A stretch of DNA of 64,000 nt from a bacterium (GTDB lineage Bacteria; Patescibacteriota; Patescibacteriia; UBA1558; UBA10009): assembly GCA_018672055.1 (NCBI GenBank), contig JABHGM010000001.1:432679-496678 (forward strand), written 5' to 3'. Position numbers and translations under genes: made by a program. Under the pieces are notes generated by a model that saw only the letters and a list, made by a program, of their open reading frames with translations, was not told the DNA's origin and made no database searches. How positions within the stretch are numbered: position 1 is the stretch's first letter; each line of letters starts with the position of its first letter. This document shows positions 39,188-51,155 of the stretch, one piece after another.

Positions 39188-40390
39188 ATGAAAATAGCTG
39201 ATATTATATATTTATCTGTAAGATCGTTTAAAACAAAGCGTTTAAGAACTGCTTTGACTATTTTAGGTGTTGGTGTTGGTATTAGCGCTGTCTTATTCTT
39301 AGTATCGCTTGGATATGGTTTGCAGAATCTCATTTTAACTCAAATTACTTCAGAAGATTCTTTATTAAGTTTAGATGTTAGTGCAGGTAGTTCTGGTTTA
39401 ATTAGTTTAGATCAAACAAGTTTAGATAAATTTGCTTCAGTTGAAAATGTTAATGAGGTAAGTGCAATGTCTAATCTATCTGGACAGCTTACTTTAGATG
39501 AAATAACAGGTGATGCTGTTGTTTATGTTATTGATGAGTCATTTCTACGCTTAAGTGGCGTTAAACCTCAATACGGAGAAAGTTTTTCTGATTCTAATGA
39601 ACCTGAAATAATAATATCATCAATTGGTGCTCAGTTATTTGATTTTGAAGATCCGGGTGATATTATTGGTAAAGAAATAGAAATAACCTTATTTATTTCA
39701 ACAATTACTGAAGAAGAAGTTGAAGAAGTTGAAGTTATCACTTTAGAACAAAAATTTAAAGTAACTGGTGTAATTAGTGATGAAAATTCAAATTATTTTT
39801 TCTTACCTAAAACATTAATAGGGGATGTAGTTATTGAAGAATTTGATCAAATTAAAGTTAAAGTTTCAGATGGTGACTATTTAGAAGAAGTTAGAAATGA
39901 AATAATTGAAGCTGGTTTTTTGGTTACTTCATTAACTGATACTATTGATCAAGCTAAAAAAATATTTAAAATAATTCAAATTATTTTAGGTTTATTTGGT
40001 TTAGTAGCTTTAGCTGTATCTGCTATTGGAATGTTTAATACTATGACTATTACTTTACTGGAGAGAACTAATGAAATTGGTATTATGAGAGCTATTGGTG
40101 TAACTAAGAAAGATATTATTATGTTATTTTTATTTGAATCGATGGTGATTGGGTTTTTAGGTGGGCTTTCTGGTATTATTTTAGGTATATTGTCAGGTGA
40201 AATATTTAATTTAGTACTAAATGTATTTGCTAAGAATTTAGGTTCTCAAGCTTTAGATCTATTTTACTATCCATTCTGGTTCATATTATTCATTATTATC
40301 TTCTCAACTATTATTGGTTTCTTAACAGGTATTTATCCTTCAAAAAGAGCTGGTAATTTAAATCCTTTAGATGCTCTCCGATATAAATAG
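39188..40390 (+). CDS. MacB/FtsX-family ABC transporter permease
   Basis: RTALTILGVGVG, LERTNEIGIMRAIG, YPSKRA..LNPLDALRY. Confidence 0.93.
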   Translation: MKIADIIYLSVRSFKTKRLRTALTILGVGVGISAVLFLVSLGYGLQNLILTQITSEDSLLSLDVSAGSSGLISLDQTSLDKFASVENVNEVSAMSNLSGQLTLDEITGDAVVYVIDESFLRLSGVKPQYGESFSDSNEPEIIISSIGAQLFDFEDPGDIIGKEIEITLFISTITEEEVEEVEVITLEQKFKVTGVISDENSNYFFLPKTLIGDVVIEEFDQIKVKVSDGDYLEEVRNEIIEAGFLVTSLTDTIDQAKKIFKIIQIILGLFGLVALAVSAIGMFNTMTITLLERTNEIGIMRAIGVTKKDIIMLFLFESMVIGFLGGLSGIILGILSGEIFNLVLNVFAKNLGSQALDLFYYPFWFILFIIIFSTIIGFLTGIYPSKRAGNLNPLDALRYK

Positions 40391-40435
40391 AGTATTTAAA
40401 AACTCATCTTTTTTAAGATAAGTTTTTTATTTTAT

Positions 40436-41320
40436 TTATTTTGTAATAATCAGTAATTTCTTTGGTATAAGTTCAATATTTATTTCATCTACCTCTATTC
40501 TTTCTCCATCAATTTGTATTGCTTTATCTTTAAATGATTCATTAGATAAAGTTATTTTTTTACCTTTTAACTTAGTTAAGTAGGGGAATCTACTTTTACC
40601 AAAGAAGAAAGAGAAAGCAACATTAAAGAATCCAAAGATGCTTTTGTTTTGACTTATTAATACTTCTAGTTCAGCGTCAAATAAATCAATGGGTGTTTTA
40701 GGTTGTAGGTTAAATAAGCTAAGGGCATTAGCTACAATTAAAGTATTACCTTCTATCTGATGATTATTATTATCTAATTTAAAATTAAAATTAGTTCTTT
40801 TTACTTTCCATTGTTTTACGAAGGTCATAATATATGCCCAAAAACCTAAGTTTATCTTTAAACCTCTTGATGTTTCATTAATAATATTTGACCAATAGCC
40901 AATAGATAAGCAGATTAAAAAAAAGTGCTCATTATTTAATAAACACACGTCCATTTTCTTAGGAGTTCCAAGACATGCAGTTTTAATAGCTAGTTTAGGT
41001 AAATTATTAATACTTAAACTAGAAGCTAACACATTTGCACTGCCTACTGGTATTATGGCTAGGGGAATACTTAAGTTATTTTTTAATATATGATCAGCTA
41101 CTTCTTTAACTGTGCCATCACCACCAATTACAATAATTCTTGAATAAATAGTTAATTCAATTTTTTTTAATTGATTTTCTAAATTAGGTTCAGTTATTAT
41201 TAAATCATGCGAGGTATTTGGTAAGTACTTTTTAAAATACTTTAAAAAGCTTTTTTTGTACCATCTTTGATTAAAACTTGAACCTGAAGTTTGATTATGA
41301 ATAACTAAAATCTTAGTCAT
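40436..41320 (-). CDS. Diacylglycerol kinase family (YegS/DagK) lipid kinase
   Basis: N..SG, GGDGT, IPVGSANVLA, QIDGE. Confidence 0.9.
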   Translation of the reverse strand: MTKILVIHNQTSGSSFNQRWYKKSFLKYFKKYLPNTSHDLIITEPNLENQLKKIELTIYSRIIVIGGDGTVKEVADHILKNNLSIPLAIIPVGSANVLASSLSINNLPKLAIKTACLGTPKKMDVCLLNNEHFFLICLSIGYWSNIINETSRGLKINLGFWAYIMTFVKQWKVKRTNFNFKLDNNNHQIEGNTLIVANALSLFNLQPKTPIDLFDAELEVLISQNKSIFGFFNVAFSFFFGKSRFPYLTKLKGKKITLSNESFKDKAIQIDGERIEVDEINIELIPKKLLIITK

Positions 41321-42791
41321 TAGATTGATAGTTTGGAGATTCTTTAATTATAGCTATATCATGAGGATGATTCTCTTTAAGAGAAGCATTAGTAATTTGT
41401 AAGAATTTAGATTTTTCTTGAAGTTCTTTAATTGTTTTAGCACCTTGATAACCCATACCGGACTTTAAACCACCTATTAATTGATGAACATGATTTGATA
41501 ATTTACCTTTAAGTAATGTTTGTCCAACAATACCTTCTGGAACTAGCTTATCAGCTTCATCTGTCTTATCTGCACCATATCTATCTCTTGAGCCTTGAGT
41601 CATAGCTTCTAATGAACCCATGCCTCTGTATACTTTATACATTCTGCCGTTATAATAAGTGATTTCACCTGGTGATTCATCCGTAGCTGCAAATAATTGA
41701 CCTATCATTATACTATCTGCTCCTGCTGCTAATGCTTTTACAATATCACCTGAATATCTTATACCACCGTCAGCAATAATAGGTATTCTTGATTTACCTC
41801 TGCCTTTAATAGCATTTAAGATAGCCGTTACTTGAGGTACACCAACTCCAGCAATAATTCTAGTTGTACAGATAGAACCTGGGCCAATACCTACTTTAAT
41901 AGCATCGGCTCCATATTTAATAAGTTCACGTGTTGCCTCAACTGTAGCTACATTACCAACAATAATATCAATATTTTTAAAATCTTTATTACTTTTTATA
42001 GTAGTTAAAGTATCTATTACTTTTTGACTATGTCCGTGAGCAGTATCAATAACTAGTACATCAACTCCTGTTTCTGCCATAAGGTGAGCTCTTTTTAAGG
42101 CTTCTTTACCAACACCAATAGCTCCACCTACTCTTAATCTATCTTGTTTATCTTTTGAAGCATTTGGATAATGTAAACTTTTTTCTAAATCAGATCTGGT
42201 AACTAAACTCTTAATTTTACCTTGTTTGTTTACTAGTATAATAACTGGTACTTTCTTATCTTTTATTATCTTCCTAGCTTTTTCTAAAGTAGTATTTTCA
42301 GGTACAGTAACTAAGTCTTTTACCTTTTTCATCATTTTCTTAATTGGTAACTTTTCATCTTCAGGCCAGAAGTAATCATATTTAGTAATTAAACCTAATA
42401 ATTTACCTGATTTACCTACAATAGGTATATTTTTATAACCTTTTTCTTGTCTTATCTTTACTACGTCTTTTATCTTTTGGTCAGGTCCTAGAGTAACTGG
42501 ATTTTCAATAAAGCTATTTCTATATCTTTTTACTTTAGCTACTTCTTGTGCTTGGTCTTTAGGAGATAAATTTCTATGAATAATACCAATACCACCTTCT
42601 AAAGAAAGAGCTATGGCTAGTTTACTTTCAGTAACTGTATCCATAGGTGAACTAACAAGCGGAATATTTAAAGTAATATTTCTTGTTAATTTAGTAGAAG
42701 TTTTTACTTCTCTAGGTGAGATATTTGTTTTTTGCGGTTCAAGTAATACATCATCAAATGTAAGTCCTTGAGTTAATTCTTGTCTATTCAT
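41313..42791 (-). CDS. guaB: IMP dehydrogenase
   Basis: [20 protein letters not shown] pair, [17 protein letters not shown]. Confidence 0.98.
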   Translation of the reverse strand: MNRQELTQGLTFDDVLLEPQKTNISPREVKTSTKLTRNITLNIPLVSSPMDTVTESKLAIALSLEGGIGIIHRNLSPKDQAQEVAKVKRYRNSFIENPVTLGPDQKIKDVVKIRQEKGYKNIPIVGKSGKLLGLITKYDYFWPEDEKLPIKKMMKKVKDLVTVPENTTLEKARKIIKDKKVPVIILVNKQGKIKSLVTRSDLEKSLHYPNASKDKQDRLRVGGAIGVGKEALKRAHLMAETGVDVLVIDTAHGHSQKVIDTLTTIKSNKDFKNIDIIVGNVATVEATRELIKYGADAIKVGIGPGSICTTRIIAGVGVPQVTAILNAIKGRGKSRIPIIADGGIRYSGDIVKALAAGADSIMIGQLFAATDESPGEITYYNGRMYKVYRGMGSLEAMTQGSRDRYGADKTDEADKLVPEGIVGQTLLKGKLSNHVHQLIGGLKSGMGYQGAKTIKELQEKSKFLQITNASLKENHPHDIAIIKESPNYQSND

Positions 42792-42846
42792 ATAGTTTAG
42801 ATTATAATAGGGATATTATATATAATAATTAAGAAAATTTCAAGTT

Positions 42847-44667
42847 ATGAAACAAAAGTATCAAGAAATAGCTATACTAGATTTTGGCTCACAATATACT
42901 CATTTAATTGCTAGACGTTTTAGAAATATGGGGATTCTGGCTAAACTATACCCAGCTGATACTGATTTAAGTAAAATTAGTAATATAGTGGGTATTGTTT
43001 TATCTGGTTCGCCAGCTTCCATAAGTGATAATAAGTATCAAGTGAATGAGAATCTTTTTGATTTAAGTATTCCCATACTTGGACTTTGTTATGGCCATCA
43101 GTTTATAGCTGATCATTTTGGAGGTGTAGTTGAAGCACATAAAGAACAAAGTGAATTTGGTAGAGCTAAGTTAGAATTAGTAGATAGTCCTTTATTTAAA
43201 AATATAGAGAATAATGAAGAAGTTTGGATGAGTCATGGTGATAGTGTAATTAAAGTACCAGCTGGTTTTAAAGTAATTGGTAAGACTAAGAGTTGTGATA
43301 TAGCTGCTATGTCATCTGAAGAAAAAAATATTTATTCTCTTCAATTTCATCCAGAAGTAACACATACTAAAAAAGGTATGGAGATTTTAGAAAATTTTGC
43401 TTTTGAAATATGTCAGGCTAAGAAAGATTGGAATATTGAAGATTGGCAAGTAGAAATGGTTAAAGAAATACAAGATACAGTTAAAGATAAAAAAGTATTT
43501 CTTTTAGTTAGTGGTGGTGTTGATTCTACGGTTTCATTTGCTCTTTTAGAAAAAGCTTTAGGTAAGGATAGAGTATTTGGTTTGCATATTGATAATGGTT
43601 TAATGAGAAAGAATGAGGTAAATGAAGTTCAAAGTTCTTTACGAGATGCTGGATTTCAAAATTTAGAAATATATGATGCTTCTAATGAATTTTTAAATGC
43701 TTTAGAAGGTATTTATGAACCTGAAGCTAAAAGAAAAATTATTGGTAACCTATTTTTAGATATTCAAGATAAAGTAGCTACCAAACTAAAATTAAATCCA
43801 GATGAATGGATTTTAGGGCAGGGTACTATATATCCGGATACCATAGAAACAGGAGGTACTAAGAATGCTGAAACTATTAAAACGCATCATAACAGAGTAC
43901 CTAGAGTTCAAGAATTAATAGAGGAGGGTAAAATAATTGAACCCATTAAAGACTTATATAAAGATGAAGTAAGAAGTTTAGGAGAATATTTAGGCTTGCC
44001 TAGTAAACTTGTTTGGCGTCATCCTTTTCCAGGTCCAGGATTAGCTATCAGAGCTCTTTGTTTAGATAAAGTTAATGAAGATGACTTAAGTAATTTAACT
44101 AATAATATTAAAAAAAGTTTTCCTAACTTAAATTTAAATGTTTTACCTTTAAAAAGCGTTGGAGTACAAGGGGATTCTAGAACTTACGCACATCCTGCAG
44201 TAATTAGTAAAGATATGTTAGAATTTAACTTTAAACAATTTATTGATTGTATTAAAGAAGCTCCTAAGTTAACTAATAAGTTTAAAGAAATAAATAGAGT
44301 TATTTTAAGAGTTGATAGTAATGAGTATTTATTAAATGATGCTAAATTAATTAAATCAGATATTAATAAAAAAAGATTAGATTTACTTAGAGAAGTTGAT
44401 TGCATAGTTCAGACATTTATCTTAGAACATGGCCTAGAGCACGATATTTGGCAGTTTCCAGTTGTTTTAGTCCCTTATGGGGTAAATGATATGGAAAGCA
44501 TTATATTAAGGCCTGTTACTTCCTTAGAGGCTATGACTGCTAAATCATACCCACTACCTATTAATATATTGGAAGAATTAACTAAGAAGATATCTAAAAT
44601 ATCTAATATTTCCTTTATATTTTATGATTTAACTAATAAGCCGCCTGGTACTATAGAATGGGAGTAA
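42847..44667 (+). CDS. guaA: GMP synthase (glutamine-hydrolysing), long form
   Basis: LDFGSQYT, GLCYGHQ, QFHPEV, SGGVDS, IKTHHN, KPPGTIEWE. Confidence 0.98.
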   Translation: MKQKYQEIAILDFGSQYTHLIARRFRNMGILAKLYPADTDLSKISNIVGIVLSGSPASISDNKYQVNENLFDLSIPILGLCYGHQFIADHFGGVVEAHKEQSEFGRAKLELVDSPLFKNIENNEEVWMSHGDSVIKVPAGFKVIGKTKSCDIAAMSSEEKNIYSLQFHPEVTHTKKGMEILENFAFEICQAKKDWNIEDWQVEMVKEIQDTVKDKKVFLLVSGGVDSTVSFALLEKALGKDRVFGLHIDNGLMRKNEVNEVQSSLRDAGFQNLEIYDASNEFLNALEGIYEPEAKRKIIGNLFLDIQDKVATKLKLNPDEWILGQGTIYPDTIETGGTKNAETIKTHHNRVPRVQELIEEGKIIEPIKDLYKDEVRSLGEYLGLPSKLVWRHPFPGPGLAIRALCLDKVNEDDLSNLTNNIKKSFPNLNLNVLPLKSVGVQGDSRTYAHPAVISKDMLEFNFKQFIDCIKEAPKLTNKFKEINRVILRVDSNEYLLNDAKLIKSDINKKRLDLLREVDCIVQTFILEHGLEHDIWQFPVVLVPYGVNDMESIILRPVTSLEAMTAKSYPLPINILEELTKKISKISNISFIFYDLTNKPPGTIEWE

Positions 44668-44726
44668 TCTTTACAGAATAGGTATATTTTGATAATGTGT
44701 TATATTCATTAAGTTCTTTAACAAAA

Positions 44727-44777
44727 GTAATCATAGCCAAAAGTTACTTAATTTAGGTGGTTTTTGGCTATGATTAC
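44727..44777 (+). other. 24-bp hairpin in the leader of the 44872 gene
   Basis: GTAATCATAGCCAAAA/TTTTGGCTATGATTAC perfect 16 bp, plus 8 bp containing four G-U pairs on the plus strand. Confidence 0.75.
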
Positions 44778-44871
44778 ATGGTGTAATTAGTTAGCAATCC
44801 AAAGTAGGTAGGCTCTATGTTTGATTTTAAGTAATTAAATAGGGAGTAAGCCAAAAATAAAGGAGCCAAAA

Positions 44872-46065
44872 ATGGCACCAAGAAAAAATGAATGGGTCAA
44901 GGCCTTAGGAACAATGTTTGAAATTTTTAAAGCTTTGATTAATGAAGTTATATCTCAAGGTGGTAATGAAAATTATTTTCGAGTAATATTGAAATACCCG
45001 GAAGCTAAAAGTTTAATTGCTAAAAAAGTAATTGAAGTTTGGCAGAAATTTGAACTTCTTAAGTTTATCGGTAAAGTAAAAATTAAGTCTACCGAGGGAT
45101 TTACTGCAAAGTATTGTTTTGTAGCGGATATTACTGATAGTGCTATTGTCAAGATATCTAATATAAAGACATTTATTAGACAGTTTTCGTCCAAGGTTGA
45201 ACCAGCGGTTAAGGAAGTTGAATTAAGTTATTATGAATTAACTGATAATGCTACAGATGAACAAATTATTAAGAATTTAGGTGGCAAAGCTAAGGCTAAG
45301 ATAACTCTTTATCAGCTCTGGGAGCTCTTATTACTCCAGCCTAATGGAGAGGAAGGAGCTTTGTTAGTCGATCGTTACAATTTACTTTTTATCGAAGATG
45401 CTAATAATGTAATTTACCTTATTCGATTATACTGGGATAGTTATGGCTGGGATTTGGACGCTATTTCAATGAATTCAAATAGTTATAACAAGTATCCCAT
45501 TATTTCTGGCAGTCCTTATGAAAATTCTAATTACCTTAATACGTATCGCATTTTTTCTGCAAATCCTTGTCACTTAGATGATGGAAATAGACTAGGTCAA
45601 TTACCACGGTATTTAGGAGCATCTCAGAAAGGTAAAGATAAGATTATAATTAACGTTAATCGATCATTTGTTCATAAAAGTATTGATGGGAGATTAGCTT
45701 ATCCTGAGTTTAATGAATCTGGTCCCAGTGAATATGATCTTCATAGTTTAACTGCGTGTCGCTTGGGCGAATTGGATGATGAGAATATGCCTCCATTGAA
45801 ATTTTTAAGATTGTTACACTTGAATGGATACCTAGAAAGATCTCTAAATATTTCTGATGCCGAAGCTATAATTGAAAATGAAATTGATTTTTTTGAACAA
45901 GATGTAGTTTTATGGAGATCAGCTAGAGATAAACCTGGACAGTGTGATGTGCCAGTTTTGATTTCTCATGAAGGCAAGTTAAAAATAAAATGGTTTCCTA
46001 TTACTCGAGAAATATTCAATAATACACTATTTTTATTTCCTAAAGAAGCAATGACTTCTAATTAA
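44872..46065 (+). CDS. Hypothetical protein, probably two fused CPR-type domains
   Basis: 397-aa ORF with AAGGAG SD; QPNGEEGALL...W.SYGW and GPSEYDL...LWRS...VP segments. Confidence 0.75.
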   Translation: MAPRKNEWVKALGTMFEIFKALINEVISQGGNENYFRVILKYPEAKSLIAKKVIEVWQKFELLKFIGKVKIKSTEGFTAKYCFVADITDSAIVKISNIKTFIRQFSSKVEPAVKEVELSYYELTDNATDEQIIKNLGGKAKAKITLYQLWELLLLQPNGEEGALLVDRYNLLFIEDANNVIYLIRLYWDSYGWDLDAISMNSNSYNKYPIISGSPYENSNYLNTYRIFSANPCHLDDGNRLGQLPRYLGASQKGKDKIIINVNRSFVHKSIDGRLAYPEFNESGPSEYDLHSLTACRLGELDDENMPPLKFLRLLHLNGYLERSLNISDAEAIIENEIDFFEQDVVLWRSARDKPGQCDVPVLISHEGKLKIKWFPITREIFNNTLFLFPKEAMTSN

Positions 46066-46089
46066 CATTTTGTTGTAAAAACTCAATGT

Positions 46090-46123
46090 AAGCCGCATTT
46101 CAGATATGATTTGCGGTTTTTTT
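46090..46123 (+). terminator. Intrinsic terminator
   Basis: AAGCCGCA...TGCGGTTT plus T-run. Confidence 0.75.
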
Positions 46124-46232
46124 ATCCACAAAATACGATATTTATCAGTTAATTGCTTTCTCATATATATTGTGGTAAAATATACCTGTTTTCAGGTGGG
46201 AAAAGATTATATAATTAATGAAATATAATAGC

Positions 46233-47090
46233 ATGGCCATAATTGTTGACGGTAAAAAAATTGCCTCTACTATACTTAATGATTTAAAAACAAGGGTGGA
46301 TGCCATCAAATCAAAAGGGGGTAATGCCTCTCTAGCTGTTGTCTTGGTAGGTGATGATAAACCTTCTCAAACATATGTTAGAAAAAAAGAAGAAGCTGCA
46401 AAAGCCATAGGTGTGCAGTTTTTTAAATTGAAATTATCCGGGAGTATTAGTAAGGATGAATTAATAAGTGAGATTAAAAAAATACAAAGCAAAGAAGATT
46501 TAACTGGTTTGATCGTTCAATTACCATTACCTAAGCATTTAAGAGATGATACTCGAGAAATAGTTAATCATATTGAATCTAATATTGATGTTGATTGTTT
46601 AAATTATTTATCCTTAGGTAAGGTGCTAATGGGAACTAATCTGCTATTACCTCCAACTCCTTCTGCTATTATGGAAATACTTAAATATCACGATGTCGAT
46701 TTAGTTGGTAAGAATGTAGTTTTAATAGGTAGAGGTAATTTAATAGGTAAACCTTTATCTGCTATGTTAATGCATTATCCAGTAACTGTAACTGTTTGTG
46801 GTAGTGAATGTCATGATTTAAATTACTTTACAACTAAAGCAGATATCATTGTAACAGGTGTTGGTAAGTATAATATATTAAGTGGAGACATGGTTAAAGA
46901 TGGCGTAGCTGTGGTTGATGCCGGAGTATGCTTTGAGAATCAAAAAATGTGTGGTGATGTAGATTTTGATTCAGTTAAAGAGAAAGCCTCAGTTATTACT
47001 CCAGTACCTGGTGGAGTTGGTCCAATTACTGTATCTAAGCTTTTAGAAAATACTGTCATTCAGGCAGAAAATATATTAAATAATAAATAA
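46233..47090 (+). CDS. folD: Methylenetetrahydrofolate dehydrogenase/cyclohydrolase
   Basis: DGKKIA, YVRKK, VQLPLP, DVD, GDVDF, TPVPGGVGPITV. Confidence 0.96.
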   Translation: MAIIVDGKKIASTILNDLKTRVDAIKSKGGNASLAVVLVGDDKPSQTYVRKKEEAAKAIGVQFFKLKLSGSISKDELISEIKKIQSKEDLTGLIVQLPLPKHLRDDTREIVNHIESNIDVDCLNYLSLGKVLMGTNLLLPPTPSAIMEILKYHDVDLVGKNVVLIGRGNLIGKPLSAMLMHYPVTVTVCGSECHDLNYFTTKADIIVTGVGKYNILSGDMVKDGVAVVDAGVCFENQKMCGDVDFDSVKEKASVITPVPGGVGPITVSKLLENTVIQAENILNNK

Positions 47091-47097
47091 TATTTAA

Positions 47098-48387
<1,290 letters not shown>

Positions 48388-48437
48388 AATACGCCGATAG
48401 GTTTTACTAAAGGCGTTAAGAGGGTTTTGATATTAAT

Positions 48438-48671
48438 TTAGGCTAGAGTAATATCTGAAGTTAGGTTATGGAATTGTTTGGTAATTGGGCTATCTTTTCT
48501 AATTTTAGAACTGAATTTAACTTTCTTATTATAGTTATGCTTCAGTATTTCTAGACTATCTGGTTTATCATTTAATTGACTTTTATGAATATAAATTAAT
48601 TTCTTATTTTCAATTGATTCAAAGAAATAATAATCATCATCAGATAATCCAAGATAAGTATATTTTTTCAT
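48438..48671 (-). CDS. Hypothetical protein (antisense orphan cassette)
   Basis: 77-aa ORF, AAGGGA SD, TTGACA-17-TAATAT promoter at 48741-48713. Confidence 0.55.
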   Translation of the reverse strand: MKKYTYLGLSDDDYYFFESIENKKLIYIHKSQLNDKPDSLEILKHNYNKKVKFSSKIRKDSPITKQFHNLTSDITLA

Positions 48672-48745
48672 TTTTATTCCCTTTTTAATTTATTTGTACA
48701 AAATAATAATAAATATTAACACATTAAATAATAATTGTCAATGTA

Positions 48746-51097
48746 ATGCCTGAAATAATATTAGAACTAGAAAATTTAAATGATGAAGAAGTTAAAGAAC
48801 TTTTAGCTAAGCATAATATTGGTTTAACTCCTTCTGAAGCACGTCAGATTGAGAATGATATGTTAGGTCGTCCTATGACTTTAACTGAGGCTACTGCTTG
48901 GAGTATTCAAGGATCTGAACATTGTTCATATAAGTCATCACGTGATCATTTAAAAAAATTGCCAACTGAAGCGCCTAATGTAATACAAGGTCCTCAAGAA
49001 GATGCTGGAATAATTGAACTAGTACGTCATAATGGTGAAAGATGGGGTATTGTTATGGGTCATGAAAGTCATAATCATCCATCTCAGCTTGTACCTTACG
49101 AAGGTGCAGCTACTGGTATTGGTGGTATAGTCCGTGATGTTTGTTGTATGGGTGCAAAAGTAATTGCTGTTGCAGATCCATTACGTTTTGGTGAAATTTC
49201 TTCAAATAAATCTAAATGGGTAGCTAGTGGTGTAGTAGATGGAATTGGTGGCTATGGTAATCCAATTGGTGTACCAAATATTGCTGGGGACCTGTATTGG
49301 TCTAAATCATTTAATGATAATTGTTTAGTAAATGTTGCTGCTTTTGGTTTAGTTAAAGAATCTGAAATAATTCACTCTTATGCTCCAAAAGAAGCAGGTG
49401 AATTAAATTATGATATTGTTTTAATTGGTAAACCTACTGATAATTCTGGGTTTGGTGGTGCTTCTTTTGCTTCGTTTGAATTAGATGAATCTGAAAAAGA
49501 AAAGAATAAAGGAGCTGTACAAGAACCTAATGCATTTTTAAAAAGACATATTTTTGAATCAACTTACGATTTATTTAGAATAATTAAAGAGAAACATTTA
49601 CTTGATAAGGTAGGTTTTAAAGATATGGGTGGAGGTGGAATATTATGTGGTTCTATTGAACTAGCAGATGCTGCAGGTTTTGGTGCTGAAGTTGATATTT
49701 CTAAAATACATGTTTCTATGGATAATTTACCTCCTCAAGTAATACTAGCTGCTGAAACTCAAGAACGTTTTATTTGGATATCACATCCAGATGTTACACC
49801 TCTTATTTTAGAGCATTATAATAAAACATGGGCTTTACCTGATGTTTCAAAAGGAGCCAAAGCTTCAGTTATTGGTAAAATAACTAGTGGTGGACAATAT
49901 GTAGTTAAAAATCAAGAAGGTGAGAAAGTTATTAATGCTAGAGCTTGTGATATTACTAAAGGTTTAAAATATGATAGAGAGTATAAGAAACCAGATCGTG
50001 AATTTAGTGAACCTGTATTACCTAAAATAGATGATTATAATGAACTATTACTAAAAGTCTTAGCTCATGAAAATATAGCTTCACGTCAAGTAATTTATGA
50101 AAAGTATGATAAGACAGTTCAAGGTATTACAGTTATAGAATCAGGTCAAGCTGATGCTGGGGTAATGCAACCTTTAATTGATGAAGATTTACCAGATGAT
50201 TTAAAAAAAGTAGGTATGGCTGTATCTGTTGATTCTAATCCTTTTTATTCTAGAATAGATCCATATTTAGGTGCAGCGCAAGCTGTTGCTGAATCAATGC
50301 GTAATGTAGCCTGTGTTGGTGCTATGCCTTGGGCTTTAACAGATTGTTTATGCTATGGTAATCCAGAAAAAGAAGATCAGATGTGGCAATTTACTGAAGG
50401 TGTTAAAGGTGTAGCTGATGCTTGTAACAATATTCATTTAAAAGGCTATGATTATAGCCCAACGCCTATTATTTCTGGTAATGTTAGTTTCTATAATGAA
50501 TCTAAAAATGGAGCTGTAGATCCTTCAGCTATTATTGCATGTTTAGGTAAAGTACCTAACGTAGATAATAGTATTACTATGGAATTTAAAGAAGTAGATT
50601 CAGATATTATATTAATAGGTGAACGTATGGATGAATTAGGTGGTAGTGTTTTGTATCAACTATATAATGAATTAGGAGCTAATGTACCTAAAGTAGATTT
50701 TAAAAATGTTGAAAATGAAATATATGCAGTAACAGATATGATAGATGATAAGTTACTTCTTTCTTGTCATGATATATCTGATGGTGGTATAGCTGTTACC
50801 CTAGCCGAAATGTCTTTTGGTGGTGATGGTAAGAATAGTATTGGCGCTGAGATTGATTTAGAAAAATTAGGTAAGTTAGATGATATTAAAAAGCTATTTT
50901 CTGAAACAGGTGGCTTTGTATTTGAAACAAAGAATACTGACAAAGTAAAAGATATTTGTAAAAAGTATAATCTTAAACCAATAGTTATTGGTAAAACTAT
51001 TAAAGATAAATTAGTAATTAGTAATTTAATTGATTTAGAGGTAAGTAATATGAGTAATAGTTGGTTAAATGGTTTAAGAGATAAGTTAAATAGTTAG
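48746..51097 (+). CDS. purL: FGAM synthase subunit PurL (small type)
   Basis: SEHCSYKSS, ESHNHPS, GAATGIGGIVRD, ISGNVSFYN, HDISDGG. Confidence 0.97.
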   Translation: MPEIILELENLNDEEVKELLAKHNIGLTPSEARQIENDMLGRPMTLTEATAWSIQGSEHCSYKSSRDHLKKLPTEAPNVIQGPQEDAGIIELVRHNGERWGIVMGHESHNHPSQLVPYEGAATGIGGIVRDVCCMGAKVIAVADPLRFGEISSNKSKWVASGVVDGIGGYGNPIGVPNIAGDLYWSKSFNDNCLVNVAAFGLVKESEIIHSYAPKEAGELNYDIVLIGKPTDNSGFGGASFASFELDESEKEKNKGAVQEPNAFLKRHIFESTYDLFRIIKEKHLLDKVGFKDMGGGGILCGSIELADAAGFGAEVDISKIHVSMDNLPPQVILAAETQERFIWISHPDVTPLILEHYNKTWALPDVSKGAKASVIGKITSGGQYVVKNQEGEKVINARACDITKGLKYDREYKKPDREFSEPVLPKIDDYNELLLKVLAHENIASRQVIYEKYDKTVQGITVIESGQADAGVMQPLIDEDLPDDLKKVGMAVSVDSNPFYSRIDPYLGAAQAVAESMRNVACVGAMPWALTDCLCYGNPEKEDQMWQFTEGVKGVADACNNIHLKGYDYSPTPIISGNVSFYNESKNGAVDPSAIIACLGKVPNVDNSITMEFKEVDSDIILIGERMDELGGSVLYQLYNELGANVPKVDFKNVENEIYAVTDMIDDKLLLSCHDISDGGIAVTLAEMSFGGDGKNSIGAEIDLEKLGKLDDIKKLFSETGGFVFETKNTDKVKDICKKYNLKPIVIGKTIKDKLVISNLIDLEVSNMSNSWLNGLRDKLNS

Positions 51098-51107
51098 TTC
51101 TTTGAAT

Positions 51108-51138
51108 AAAAAAAAGGACAGAATGTATTCTGCCCTTT
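51108..51138 (-). terminator. Terminator of the antisense lipoprotein gene
   Basis: Minus strand AAAGGGCAGAAT-AC-ATTCTGTCCTTT followed by a T-run. Confidence 0.7.
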
Positions 51139-51155
51139 CCGAGGTTTAGTTGATT

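Noticed and set aside
46130-46232. Purine or ZTP riboswitch upstream of folD/purA
   Set aside because: The leader after the TTGCTT-17-TAAAAT promoter is about 45 nt with only a 5-bp hairpin, too short and lacking aptamer consensus
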